Of a stretch of DNA of 64,000 bases, positions 1 through 13,998 are shown one piece after another (within the stretch, counting starts at the first letter, position 1; every line of letters begins with the position of its first letter). Location of the stretch: positions 2,601,679 through 2,665,678 of the forward strand of contig NC_057759.1 in the NCBI RefSeq assembly GCF_004010195.1. The letters run 5' to 3'. This DNA comes from Chiloscyllium plagiosum. Its lineage: Eukaryota. Both the position numbers and the translations under genes were made by a program. Under the pieces are notes generated by a model. It did not search any database and was not told the DNA's origin. It saw nothing but the letters and a program-made list of their open reading frames with translations.

Positions 1-202
1 GCAGTGCCTCTGTATCGGAGATAACTCAGCAGTGCCTGTGTGTCTGTGACAGAATAGTAATGTCTGTGCATCTGAGGGAGAACAGCAGTGCCTTTTATCT
101 GAGACAGAACAGCAGTGACTGTGTATCTGAGAGAGAACAGCAAAGCCTCTGTATCTGAGAGAGAACAGCAGTTCATTTGTATCTGAGAGAGAACAGCAGT
201 AC

Positions 203-304
203 CATGGAAGTAGAAATTCAGTTAACTGGGAAGATGATAAAAGCTAGAATTATTTTCCATGGAGCAGAAAACATTGAGCGCAGATTCAATAGAGATGATC
301 AGAT
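203..304 (+). mobile_element. Short internal CR1 LINE ORF2 fragment embedded in the satellite
   Basis: A non-satellite stretch that translates to KLELFSMEQKTLSADSIEMIR, resembling the CR1 C-terminal motif seen in this window as LGLFSLERRRMRGDLIEVYK (ORF 61269..61742). Confidence 0.6.
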
Positions 305-3300
305 GCCTGAGAGAGAAAACAACAGTGCCTGAATATCTGAAAGAGAACAGCAGTTCCTTTTCCTCTGAGAAGAACAGCAGTTGTGCAACTGAGAGAGAAC
401 AACAGCACTTGTGTATCTGAGCGAGAACAGCAATGACTGTGTATCAGAGAGAGAGCAACAGTGCCCGACTATCTGAGAGAGAACAGCAGTGTCTGTGCAG
501 CTGAGGGAGAACAAAATTGCCTTTAGATATCAGAGAGCAGAGCAGTGCCTGTGTATGTGAGAGAGAGCAGCAGAGCCTTTGTATGTGAGAGAGAATAGCA
601 ATGTCTCTGCATCAGAAAGAGAACAGCAGTGCATGTATATCTCAGAGAGAATATCACTGCTTGTGTGTCGGAAACCCCAAACAGCAGTGCGCTTGTGTCT
701 GAGAGAGAACAGCGCTGCCTGTGTATCTGAGAGTGATTAGCAATGCCTCTGTCAGAAAGAGAACAGCAGTGCCTAAGTATCTGAGAGTGAATAGCAGAGC
801 CTGCGTATCTGAGAGAGAACAGCAGTGTCAGCGTATCTTAGAGAGAACAGCAGTTTTTTCTGTGTCTGAGAGATAACAGCAATGCCTCTGCATCTGGAAG
901 GGACCAGCAGTGACTGTGTATCAGAAAAAGAACAGCAGTGTAATTGTATCTGAGAGAGAACAGCACTGCCTGTGTATCTGAGAGAGAACAGCGATGCCTC
1001 TGTGTCTGAGACAGAATAGTAGTGCCTGTGCATTTGAGGGAGAACAGCAGTTTCTTTAATCTGAGACAGAACAGCAATGCCTCTGTATCTGAGCGAGGAC
1101 TGAATGCCTTTGTATCTGAAGGAGAACAGCAGTGCCTGCGTGTCAGAGAGAGACGAGCAATGCCTCTGCATCAGAGCGAGAACAGCAGTGCCTGTACACC
1201 GGAGAGGGAACAGCATTGCATTTTTATCTGAAAGAGAACAGCAGTGCCTGTGTCTCTGAGAGAGAATGGCAGTGACTCTGTTTCGAAGAGAGAGCAGCAG
1301 TACCTGCATATCTGAGATAGAACAGCAGTACAATTGTATCTGAGAGAGGAATTCAGTACCTGTGTTGCTGAGATAGAACAGAAGTACAATTGTCTCGGAG
1401 AGAGGAATTCAGTACCTGTGTTGCTGAGAGAGAACAGCAATGCCGTTTTGTCTGAGAGAACTGCAGTGCCTATGTACCTGAGAGAGAACAGCAATACCTC
1501 TGTTTCAGAGCGAGAACAGAAGTACCTTTGTATCTCAGAGAGGACAGCAGTGCTTGTGCATCTGGATGAGACCATCAGTGCCTCTGTGAGAGAGTAAACA
1601 GCAGTGCCTGCATATCTAACAGCGAACAGCAGTGTCTGAGGTTGTGAGAGAGACCGGCAGTTCCATTGTATCTGATAGAGGACAGCAGTGCCTGTGTATC
1701 TGAGAAAGTACAGCAGTGCCAGTGTCTCTGAGAGAGAGAACAGCAGAGCCTTTTTATTAGAGAAAGAACAGCAGTGCCCGTGTTTATGAGCGAAAACAGC
1801 AGTATCCTTCTATCTGAGAGAGAATGGTAGTGACTGTGTAACTGCATGAGAACAGCAGTGCCGTTGTATCTGAGAGAGGACAGCAGTACCTGTGTTTCTG
1901 AGAGAGACCAGCAATGCCTTTGTATCTGAAAGAGAACTGTAGTGCCCGTGTGTCTGTAAGGGACCAGCAGTGCCAATGTATCAGAGAGAGAACTGGAGTG
2001 CTTTGTATCTGAGAGAAAAAGGCAGTACCTCCTTTACAGAGAGAGAACAGAAGTACCTGTGTAACTGAGAGAGGACAGCAGTACCTGTATTTCTGAGAGA
2101 GAACAGGAGTGCCTGTGTATCTGAAAGAGAACAACAGTGCCTCTGAATCAGTGAGAGAACAGCATTGCTGATGTGTCTGAAATATAACAGCAGTGCTTTT
2201 GTGTCTGAGCGAGAACCTGAGTGCCTGTGGATCTGAGCGAGAATAACACTGCCTCTGAATCAGTGAGAGAACAGCATTGTTTATGTGTCTGAAAGAGAAC
2301 AGCAGTGCCTTTGTATCTGAGAGAGAACAGTAGTGCCTCTGAGTCAGTGAGAGAACAGCATTGCTTATGTATCTGAGAGTGAATAGCAGTGCCTCTGTAT
2401 CTGAGAGAGAACAGCAGTAACGTTGTGTCAGAGAGGACAGCAGTACTTGTATTTCTAAAAGCGAACAGCAGTGCCCTTATATCTGAGGTAGAGCAGCAGT
2501 TCCTGCGTATCTGAGAGGGAATTGCAGTGCCATTGTATCTGGGAGAGAGCAGCAATGCCTCTGTATCAGAGAGAGAACAGCAGTTCCTGTTTATCTGGGA
2601 ATAAACAGCTATTCATCTGTATCTGAGCGAGGACTGAATGCCTTTGTAAGTGAGAGAGAACAGCAATGCCTGTGTTTCAGAGAGAGACTAGCCATGTCTC
2701 AGTATCAGAGCAATAACAGCAGTGCCTTTTTATCTGAGTGAGGACAGCTGTACCTGTGTATATGAGAGAGAACAGCTGTAGCTCTGCTTCAGAGAGAGAG
2801 AACAGCAGTGCCTGTACGTCTGAGAGAGAACGGCACTGCATTTTTATCTGAGAGAGAAAAACAGTGCCTGTGTCTCTGAGAGAGAACGGCAGTGACTCTG
2901 ATTCGGAGAGAGAGCAGCAGTACATGCATATCTGAGAGAGTACGGCAGTACCATTGAATCGGAGAGATGAATTCAGTGCCTGTGTTGCTGAGAGAGAACA
3001 GCAATGTCTGAGAGAACTGCAGTGTCTATATCACTGAGAGAGAACAGCAATGCCTCTGTATCAGAGAGAGAACAGCAGTGACTGTATACCTGACAGAGAA
3101 CAGCAATACCTCTGTTTCAGAGCGAGAACAGAAGTACCTTTGTATCTCAAAGAGGACAGCAATGGATGTGCATCTGGATGAGATAATCAGTGCCTCTGAG
3201 AGAGAGAGAGTGAACAGCAGTACCAGTGTATCTAACAGCAGTGCCTGAGGGAGTGAGAGAGAGCAGCAGTTCTATTGTATCTGATAGAGGACAGCAGTGC

Positions 3301-6300
3301 CTGTGTATCTGAGAGAGACAGCAGTGGCACTGTTCCTGAGAGGGGACAGCAGTACGTGTGTGTATCTGAGAGAGACCAACCGGGCATCTGTATAAGAGAG
3401 AGAACAACAGTGCCTATGTATCTGAGACAGGACAGCAGTAACATTGTGTCTGAGAGAGGGCAGCAGTACCTGTATTTCTAAGAGAGAAGCAGTGCCTTTT
3501 TATCAGTAAGAGACCAGCAGTGCCTCTGTATCAGAGAGAGAATAGGGGTCCCTTTGTATATGAGAGAGAACGGCAGCGCCTCGGTTTCCGAGAGAGAACC
3601 GCAGAGCCTTCTTATCTGACAGAGTACGGCTGTGCCATTGTATTCGAGAGGCGAATTCAGTAACTGTGTTGCTGAGTGAGAACAGCAGTGCCTGTGTATC
3701 TGGAAGAGACCATCAGTGCCTCTGCGAGAAAGTGAACAGCAGTCCCTGCGTATCTGAGAGCAAACAGCAGTATTTGAGGATCTGAAAGAAGAACAGCAGT
3801 GCCTCTGTATGGGAGAGAGAACAGCAGTACCTGTTTATCTGACAGAGAACAGAAGTGACTCTGTACCAGAGCGAGAACAGCAGTGCCTTTCTATCTAAGA
3901 GAGAGAGAGAACACCAGTACCTGTGTATCTTAGAGAGAAAAACAGTGCCACAGTTCCTGAGAGAGGACAGCAGTGCCTGTGTTTCTGAGACTGAACAAAT
4001 GGGCAATCTGTATAAGAGAGAGAACAGCTGTGCCTGTATATCTGAGAGAGAACAGCAGTGCCTATTTATCAGAGACAGGACAGCATTACCTGTGTATCTG
4101 AGAGAGAACAGCTGTAGCTCTGCGTCAGAGAGAGAACAGCAGTGCCTGTATGTCTGAGGGAGAACAGCAGTGAGTTTTTATCTAAGAGAGAACAGCAGTG
4201 CCTGTGTATCTGTATTTGGAAGAGACCAAGAGCGTCTTTGGGAGAGAGAGAACAGCAATGCCTGTGTATCTGAGATCGAACAACAGTGCCTGGGGTTCTG
4301 AGAGAAGAACAGCAGTGCCGTTGTTTCTGAGAAAGTACGGTAGTGCCAGTGTCTCTGAGGGAGAGAACAGCAGAGCCTTTTTATCAGAGAAAGAACAGTA
4401 GTGCCTGTGTTTATGAGTGAAAACAGCTGTACCCTTCTATCTGAAAGAGAATGGTAGTGCCTGTGTAACTGGATGAGAACAGCAGTGCCATTAAATCTGA
4501 GAGAGGACAGCAGTACCTGTGTTTCTGAGCGAGACCAGTAATGCCTTTGAATCTGAGAGAGAACAGTAGTTCCCGTGTGTCTGTAAGAGACCAGCAGCGC
4601 CTCTGTATCAGTGAGAGAATTGGAGTGCTTTGTTTCTGAGAGAGAACGGCTGTGCCTCTGTTTCAGAGAGAGAAAAACAGTACCCGTGTAACTGAGAGAG
4701 GACAGCAGTACCTGTGTTTCTGAGAGAGAACATTAGTGCCTTTATACCTGATAAAGGATAGCAGTGCCATTGTATCTGGAAGAGACCAGCAGTGCTTATG
4801 TCTGTGAGAGAGAGCGGCAATGCCTCTGTTTCAGAGCGAGAACAGAAGTACGTTTGTATCTCACAGAGCACAGCAGTGCCTGTGTATCTGGGAAGAGACC
4901 ATCAGTGCCCCTGTGAGAGAGTCAACAGCAGTACCCGTGTATCTGAGAGCGAACAGTTGTGCCTGAGGAGTTGAGAGAAGAACAACAGTGCCTTTGTTTC
5001 TGAAAAAGTACAGTAGTGTCTATGTCTCTGAGGGATATAACAGCAGTGACTTTGTATCAGAGACTGAACAGTAGTACCTGTGTTTCTGAAAGAGAACAAC
5101 TGGGCCTCTGTATAAGGGAGAGAATGCCAGTACCTGTATATCTGAGAGAACAGCAATACCTGTGTATCTGAGAGAGAACAGCTGTAACTCTGCATCAGAG
5201 AGACAACAACAGTGCTTGTAGGTCTGAGACATAAACCAGCAGTGCCTGTGTGTCTGAGGTGGAATAGCAGTGCCTGCGTATCTGAGACAGAATAGCAGTG
5301 CCTTTGTATCTGATCGAGAACAGCAGTGCCTGTTTACCTGAGACAGTACGGCAGTGTATTGGTATGTGAGAGAGAACAGTACTGCTTGTGTATCTGAGAG
5401 AGAACAGCAGTGCCTCTGAAGCTGAGAAAGAACACCAGTGCCTGTCTAACTGGAAGAGACCAGCAGTGACTATGTATCTGAGAAAGTACAGCAGTGCAAT
5501 TGTATCTGGGAGAGAACAGTAGTGTCTGTGTATCTGAGAGAGCAAAATGCCTCTATATCACAGAGAGAACAGCAGTGCCTGTGTATCTGAGAGCGAACAG
5601 CAATGCCTCTGTTTCAGACCAACAACAGAAGAACCTTTGTGTCTCAGAGAGGACAGCAGTGCCTGTGTATCTGGAAGAGACTATCAGTGCGTCTGTGAGA
5701 GTGAACAAAAGTGCCTGTGCATCTGAGAGAGAACAGGAGTACCTGTTTATCTGAGAGAGAACAGAAGTGCCATTTTGTCAGAGAGAGAACACCAGTACCT
5801 GTGAATCTGAGAGAGGACAGCGGTGCCTGTGTATCTGAGAGAGAACAGCAGTGCCACTGTTTTTGAGAGCGTACAGCTGTACCTCTGTTTCCTCAAGAGA
5901 ACAACACTGTCTCTGTATCAGAGAGAGCACAGCAGTGCCGTATATCTGAGAGCGAACAGCAGTGCCTGTGTATCTGTAAGAGACCAGCATTGCTTCTGCA
6001 TTAGAGAGACACCAGGCGTGTCTTTTTGTCTGTTGGAGAATAACAGTGACTGTAGATATTCGACAGCACAGCAGTGCCTTTGTATCTGAGCGAGAATAGC
6101 AATGACTATCTATCAGAGAGAAAACAGCAGTGCCTGTGAACTCAGAGAGAACAGCAATGCCTGTGTATCTGAGATAGAATAACAGTGCCTGCGTATCTGA
6201 GAGAGAAGAGCAGTGCCACTCTTTTTGAGAGAGGACAGTAGTACCTCTGTTTCCTCAAGAGAATAACTGGGCCTCTGTGTCAGAGAGAGAACAGCAGTGC

Positions 6301-8751
6301 TTATATATCTGAAAGAGAACACCAGTGCCTGTGTATCTGTAAGAGACCAGCCGTGCCTCTGTATCAGAGCGAGAACAGGAGTGCCTCTCTCTGTATCTGA
6401 GAGAGAACGTCTGAGCTTCGGCATCTGAGACAGCTCAGCGTGCTTTGTGTGTCTGAGAGAGAACAATAGTGCCTGTGTATGTGATAGAGAACGGCAGTGC
6501 CTGTGTTTCTGAGAGAGATCAGCAATGCCTCTGTATCAGAGAACAGAACGGCAGTGCCGATGTGTATGAGAGAGAACAGCATCGCCTTCCTATCTGAAAG
6601 AGAAAAGCAGTGTCTGTGTATCTGAGAAAGAACAGCAGTGCCTCTGTATCTGAGCGAGGACAGAAGTGTCTGTGAATCTGGGAGAGAGCAGCGGTTCCTT
6701 TTTTGTCTGAGAGAACAGCAGTGCCTCTGTATCACAGATATAAGCGCATCGCTACTGTATCTAAGAGAGAACAGCAGTGCCTTTGTATCTGAGAGAGAAT
6801 AGCAGTGTCTCTGAATCAGTGAGAGTACAGCATTGCTAATGTATCTGAGATAGAACTGCAGTGCCTACATATCTGAGAGAGAGCAGCAGTACCTGTTTAT
6901 CTGAGACAGAACAGCAATGCCTATGTGTCTGTGGGGTAACTGCCGTGCCATTGCATCTGAGAGACGAATGCACTACCTGGGTTTTTGAGAATGAACAACA
7001 GCAGTGACTTTGTATCTGAGAGAGTACACAGTGTCATTGTATCTGTGGGAGAACAGCAGTGCCTTTGCATATGAGAGAGAACAGCAGTGCCAGTGTTTCT
7101 GAGATAGAACAGCAATGCCTCTGTATCAGAGAGAGAACAGCAGTGCCTGTTTATCTCAGAGAGAATGGCACTGCCATTGTGTCTGAGAGGCGAATGCACG
7201 ATCTGGGTTTTACAGAAAGAACAGCAGTGCCTCTGCATCTGAGAGAGAACAGCAAAGCCATTGCATACGAGAGAGAATAGCAGTGCCATTGTATCAGAGA
7301 GAGAACAGCAGAGCCTGGTTATCTGGGAAAGAACAGCAATGCCTCTGTACCTAAGCGAGGACAGAAGTGTATTTACATCTGAGAGAGAACAGCAGTGCCT
7401 GTGAATCTGGGAGTGAACAGCAGTGCCTTTTTTATCTGAGAGAGAACAGCAGTGCCTGTGTATCTGAGAGAGAACAGCAGTGCGTCTGTATCACAGAGAT
7501 AAACGCATTGTTTCTGTATCTGAGAGAGAACAGCAGTGCCTTTGTATCTGCGAGAGAATAGCAGTGCCTGTGCATCTGACAGAGAACAGCAGTGCCTCTG
7601 AATCAGTCAGAGTACAGCATTGTTAATGTATCTGAGAGAGAACAGCAGTGCCTTTATATCTGAGAGAGAGCAGCAGTGCCTTTGTATCTGAGAGGGAATA
7701 GCAATGCCTGTGTGTCTGAGAGGTACCTGTCGTGCCATTGCATCTGAGAGACGAATGCACTACCTGAGTTATTGAGAATGAACAGCAGTGCCTTTGTATC
7801 TGTGAGAGAACAACAGTGCCTGTGTATCTGAAAGGGAACTGCAGTGTCATCGTATCTGGGAGAGACTTGCTGTGCATTTGTCGCAGAGAGGGAACAGCAA
7901 TGCCTCTGTATCAGAGAGAGAACAGCAGTGCTTATTCATCTGGGAAATAACAGCAATGCCTCTGTATCTGAGCGAGGACTGAATGCATTTGTAGCTGAAG
8001 GGGAACAGCGGTGCGTGTGTGTTTGCGTGAGAACAGCAATGCCCCTGTATCAGAGCGAGAACAGCAGTGCCTCCGTTTCTGAGACAGAACAACAGTAACA
8101 TTGTGGCTGAGTGAAGACAGCAGTACCTGTATTTCTAACAGAGAAGGGCAGTGCCCGTGCTTCTGAGAGAGAACAGCAGTGTCTGTGTTTCTGAGAGAGA
8201 TCAGCAATGCCTCTGTATCAGAGAACAGAACGGCAGTGCCGATGTGTATGAGAGAGAACAGCATCGCCTTCTTATCTGAAAGAGAAAAGCAGTGTCTGTG
8301 TATCTGAGAAAGAACAGCAGTGCCTCTGTGTCAGAGGGAGAAGTCATTGCTTACGTATCTGAGGAACAACAGCAGTGCCTTTGTATCTAAGAGCAAACGG
8401 CAGAGCCAGTCTATCTGAGAGCTAACGACAGTGCCATTGCAACTGAGATAGAACAGCAGTGTCTTAGCATCTGAGAGAGAAGAACAGTGCCTATGTATCT
8501 GTGAGAGTACAGCAGTGCCTTTGTTTCTGAGAGGGAACTGCAGGGCCATTGTATCTGGGACAGACTTGCAGTGCATTTGTCTCAGAGAGAGAACAGCAAT
8601 GCCTTTGCATCCGAGAGAGAACAGCAGTGCCTGTACATCTGGGAAAGAACAGCAACGCCTCTGTATCTGAGCGAGGACAGCATGCAATTGTATCTGCGAG
8701 GGAACAGCGTGTGTGTTGGAGAGAGAACAGCAGTGCCTCCGTATCTGAGAG

Positions 8752-9091
8752 AGATTAGATTAGATTAGATTAGATTACTTACAGTATGGAAACAGGCCCT
8801 TCAGCCCAACAAGTCCACACCGACCCATCGAAGCGCAACCCATCCAGTTACATTCCCCTACATTTACCCCTGCCCCTAACAACTATGAGCAATTTAGCAT
8901 GTCTAGTTCACCTAACCTGCAAATTTGTAGACTGTAGGAGGAACCGGAGCACCCGGAGGAAACCCACGCAGACACGGAGAGAATGTGCAAACTCCACACA
9001 GACAGTTGCCTGAGGCAGGAATTGAACCCGGGTCTCTGGAGCTGTGAGGCAGCAGTGCTAACCACTGTGCCACTGTGCCACCGTGCCGCCC
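8752..9091 (-). mobile_element. Full-length tRNA-derived SINE (HE1/V-SINE-like) with (AATCT)n tail
   Basis: The minus strand reads gggcggcacggtggcacagtgg...ttagcactgctgcctcac...cccgggttcaattcc (A/B boxes), then the central core tgtgtggagtttgcacattctc, and ends in an agattagattag tail on the + strand. Confidence 0.92.
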
Positions 9092-12000
9092 AAAGCGGCA
9101 AATTTCTAAGAGAGAAGAGCAGAGTCTGTACTTCTGACAGAGAACAGCAGTGTCTGTGTATCTGAGACAGATCGTATCTGAGACAGATCAGCAGTGCCTG
9201 TGTTTCTGCGATAGAACAGCAATGCCTCTGAATCAGAAAGAGAAAATCAGTGCCTATGTATCTGCGTGAGAACAGTAGTGCCTTTGAGAGAGAACAGCAG
9301 GTCCAGCGTATCTGAGAGAGAACGGCCGTGCTCTGTATCAGAGAGAGAACAGCAGTGCCTGTTTATCTGAGAGAGAATGTCAGTGCCATTGTATCTGCGA
9401 GAGGCCAGCAATGTCTGATTATCTGGGAAAGGAAAGCAATGCCTCAGTATCTGAGCGAGGACAGAAGGGACTTTGCATCTGAGCGAGGACAGCACTGCCT
9501 GTGTATCTGAGAAAGAACAGCAGTGCATCTGTGATCACAGTGAGAAGCGCATTGCTTCTGTATCTGAGAGACAACAGCAGTGCCTTTGTATCTAAGAGAG
9601 AACAGATGTGCCTGTACATCTGTTAGAGAACAGCTGTGCCTCTGAATCAGTGACAGTGCAGCATTGCTAATGTATCTGAGAGAGAACAGCAGTGCCTCTG
9701 TATCTGAGAGAGAACAGGAGTAACATTTTATCTGAGAGAGGACAGCAGTGCCTTTATTTCTAAAAGAGCACAGCAGTGCCTATATATCTGAGAGAGAGCA
9801 GCAGTGCATGTGTATCTGAGACACAACAGCAATGCTTGAGTGTCTGAGAGGTAACTGCCGTGCCACCGTATCCGAGACACAAATGCACTACTTGGGTTTT
9901 TGAGAAAGAACATCAGCGCCTTTGTATCTGAGAGGGAACTGCAGTGCCATTGTATCTGGGAGAGACTTGCAGTGTATTTGTCTCAGAGGGAAAACAGCAA
10001 TGCCTCTGTATCAGAGAGAGAACAACAGTGCCTGTTCATGTGGGAAATAACAGCAATACCTCTGTATCTGAGCGAGGACTAAATGCATTTTTATCTGAGA
10101 GGGAACAGCAGTGCGTGTGTGTTAGATTGAGAACAGCAATGCCTCTGTATCAGAGCGAGAACAGCAGTGCCTCCGCATCTGAGACAGAACGGCAGTAACA
10201 TTGTGTCTGAGAGAAGACAGCAGCCCCTGTATTTCTAAGAGAGAAGAGCAGTGCCTGTGCTTCTGAGAGAGAACAGCATTGTCTGTGTATCTGAGACAGA
10301 TCAGCAGTGCCTGTGTTTCTGAGATAGAACAGCAATGTCTCTGTATCAGAGAGAGAATAGCAGTGCCTATGTATCTGCGTGAGAACAGCAGTGCCTTTGT
10401 ATATGAGAGAGAACAGCAATGCCTCTGTATCAGGGAGAGAACAGCAGTGCCTATTTATCTGAGAGAGAATGGCATTGCCATTGTGTCTGATAGGCGAATG
10501 CACCACCTGGGATTTTTCAGAAAGAACAGCAGTGCCTCTGCATCTGAGAGAGAGCAGCAGTGCCTGTTTATCTGGGTAAGAACAGTAATGCCTCTGTATC
10601 TGAGCGAGGACAGAAGTGTCTTTCCATCTGAAAGAGAACAGAAGTGCCTGCGAATCTGGGAGTGAACAGCAGTGATTTTTTTTTATCTGAGAGAGAACAG
10701 CATTGCCTGAGTATCTGAGAGTGAACAGCAATGCGTCTACAAAGATAAGCGCATTACTTCTGTATCTGAGCGACAACAGCAGTGACTTTGCATCTGAGAG
10801 AGAACAGCAGTGCATGTGCATCTGACAGAGAACAGCAGTGCCTCTGAATCAGTGAGAGTACAGCATTGCTCATGTATCTGAGAGAGAAAACAGCAGTATC
10901 TCTGTATCTGAAAGAGAACAGTATTAACATTGTATCTGAGAGAGAACGGCAGTAACTTTATATCTAAAAGAGCACAACAGTGCCTGTATATCTGAGAGAG
11001 AACAGCAGTGTCTGTGTATCTGAGACAAATCAGCAGTGCCTGTGTTTCTGAGATAGAACAGCAACGCCTCTGTAACAGCAGTGCCTGTTTATCTCATAGA
11101 GAATGGTATTGCCATTGTGTCTGAGAGGCGAATGCACGACCTGGGTTTTACAGAAAGAACAGCAGTGTCTCTGCATATGAGAGAGAACAGCAGTGCCAGT
11201 GCATCAGAGAGAGAACAGCAGTATCTGGTTATCTGGGAAAGAACAGCAATGCCTCTGTATCTGAGCGAGGACAGAAGTGTCTTTTCATCTGAGAGAGAAC
11301 AGCAGTGCCTGTGAATCTTGGAGAGAACAGCAGTGCCTGTGTATCTGAGAGTGAACAGCAGTGCGTCTGTATCACAAAGATAGGCGCATTACGTCTGTAT
11401 CTGAGAGGCAACAACAGTGGCTTTGTATCTGAGAGAGAACAGCAGTGCCTGTGCATCTGACAGAGAATAGCAATGCCTCTGAATCAGTCAGAGTACAGCA
11501 TTGCTAATGTATCTGAGAGAGAACAGCATTGCTTTTATATCTGAGAGAGAGCATCAGTGCCTTTGTATCTGAGATAGGACAGCAATGCCTGTGTGTCTGA
11601 AAGGTAACTGCCGTGCTATTGCATCTGAGAGACGAATGCACTACTGTTTTTCTGAGAATGAAAAGCAGTGCTTTTTTATCAGAGAGAGAACCACAGTGCC
11701 TTTGTATCTGAGAGAGTACACAGTGTCTTTGTATCTGTGAGCGAACAACAGTGCCTTTGTATATGAGAGAGAACAGCAGTGCCAGTGTATCTGGAAGAGA
11801 CCAGTAGTGCCTTTGTATCAGAGAGAGAACAACAGAGCCTGGTTATCTGGGAAAGAACAACAATGCCTCTGTATCTGAGCGAGGACAGAAGTGTCTTTGC
11901 ATCTGAGAGACATCAGCAGTGCCTGTGTGTCTGGGGGAGAACAGCAGTGCCTAACTATCTGAAAGAGAACAGCAGTGTCTGAGTATCAGAGGGAGAAGCG

Positions 12001-13828
12001 CATTGCTTATGTATCTGAGAGACAACAGCAGTGCCTTTTTATCTTAGAGTGAACGGCAGAGCCAGTCTATCTGAGAGCTAACGACAGTGTCATATGCAAC
12101 TGAGATAGAACAACAGTGTCTTAGCATCTGAGAGAGAAGAGTAGTGCCTATTTATCTGGCAGAGACCTCTTTATCAGGGGGATAACAGCAGTGCCATTCA
12201 TTCCGCGAGAGAACAGTAATGCCTCTGTCTCAGAGCGAGAACAACAGTGCCCTTCTATCTGAGAGAGAACAGCAGTGCCATTGTATTTGCGAAAGGCCAG
12301 CAGTGCCTGTGTATCTGAGAGAGAGCAGCAATACCTCTGTATCAGAGAGAGAACAGCAATGCCTGGTTATCTGGGAAGGAAAATCAATGCCTCTATATCT
12401 GAGCGAGGACAGAAGGGTCTTTGCATCTGGTCGAGAACAGCAGTGCCTATGTATCTGATTGAGAACAACAGGGCTGCTGCATCACAAAGACAAGCACATT
12501 GCTTATGTGAGATCTGTACATCTGACAGAGAACTGCCGTGCCTCTGAATCAGTGAGTGGACAGCGTTGCTAATGTATCTGAGAGAGAACAGCAGTGCCTC
12601 TGTATCCGAGAGAGAACAGTAGTAACATTGTAATTGAGAGAGGACAGCAGTACCTTTATTTCTAAAAGAGCACAGCAGTGCCTGTATATCTGTGAGACAG
12701 TAGCAGTTCCTGTGTGTCTGAGACAGAACAGCAATGCCTGTGTGTCTGAGTGGGAACTGTCGTGCCATTGTATTTGACAGAGACCAGCAGTGCGTTTGTC
12801 TCTGAGAGAGAACAGCAATGCCTCTGTATCAGAGAGAGAACAGCAGTGCCTGTTTATCTGGGAAAGAACAGCAATGCCTCTGTATCTGATCGAGAACTGA
12901 ATGCATTTGTGTCTGAGAGAGAACAGCAATGCCTGTGTGTCGGAGGGGAAACAGCAATGCCTCAGTATCTGAGACAGAACAGCATTAACATTGTGTCTGA
13001 GAGATGACAGCAGCACCGGTATTTCTAAGAGAGAACAGCAGTGCCTAGGCTTCTGAGAGACAACACGAATGTCTATGTATCTGATACAGAACCGCAGTGT
13101 CTCTCTATTTTAGATAGAACAGCAATACCCCTGTATTCGAGAAAGAACAGCATTGCCTATGTATCTCAGTGTGCACAGCAGTACCTGTGTATCTGAGAGA
13201 ACAGCGGTAGCTCTGCATCAGAGAGATAACAGCAGTGCCTTTACATCTGAGAGAGAACAGCAGTGCCTTTGTATGTGCAAGAGATCAGCAGTGCCTCTGC
13301 ATAATAGAGAGAACAGGAGTGTCTTTGTATCTGAGAGAGGAATTCAGATCCTGTGTTGCTGAGAGAGAACAGCAATGCCGTTGTGTCTGAGAGAGAACTG
13401 CAGTGCCTATGTACCTGAGAGAGAACAGCAACGCCTCTGTTTCGAAGCGAGAACAGAAGTACCTTTGTATATCAGAGAGGACAGCAGTGCCTGGGTATCT
13501 GGAAGCGACCATTAGTGCCTCTGTGAGAGAGTGAACAGCAGTGCCTGTGTATCTTTGAAAGTACAGTAGCGCCTGTGTCTCTGAGTAGACAACAGCAGTG
13601 CCTTTGTATCAGAGAGAGAACTGCAGTGCCTGTGTTTATGAGCGAAAACACCACTACCCTTTTATCCGAGAGAGAACGGCAGTGCCATTGTGTCTGAGAG
13701 GCGAGTACACTAACTGGGTTTTTGTGAGAGAACAGCAGTGCCTTTGTATCTGGGAGAGAACAGCATGCCTCTGTCTCAGAGCGAGAACAGCAGTGCCTTT
13801 GTATTTGAAAGAGAACAGATACATTTGT

Positions 13829-13998
13829 GGGCGGCACGGTGGCACAGTGGTTAGCACTGCTGCCTCACAGCGCCAGAGACCCGGGTTCAATTCCCGCCTC
13901 AGGCGACCGATTGTGTGGAGTTTGCACATTCGCCCCGTGTCTGCGTGGGTTTCCTCCGGGTGCTACGGTTTCCTCCCACACTCCAAAAATGTGCAGGT
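13829..13998 (+). mobile_element. HE1/V-SINE-like SINE, 5' half only
   Basis: gggcggcacggtggcacagtggttagcactgctgcctcacagcgccagagacccgggttcaattccc...aatgtgcaggt, then the satellite resumes. Confidence 0.92.

Noticed and set aside
13829..13900. tRNA gene
   Set aside because: The tRNA-like A/B boxes are SINE heads continuing into the SINE core.
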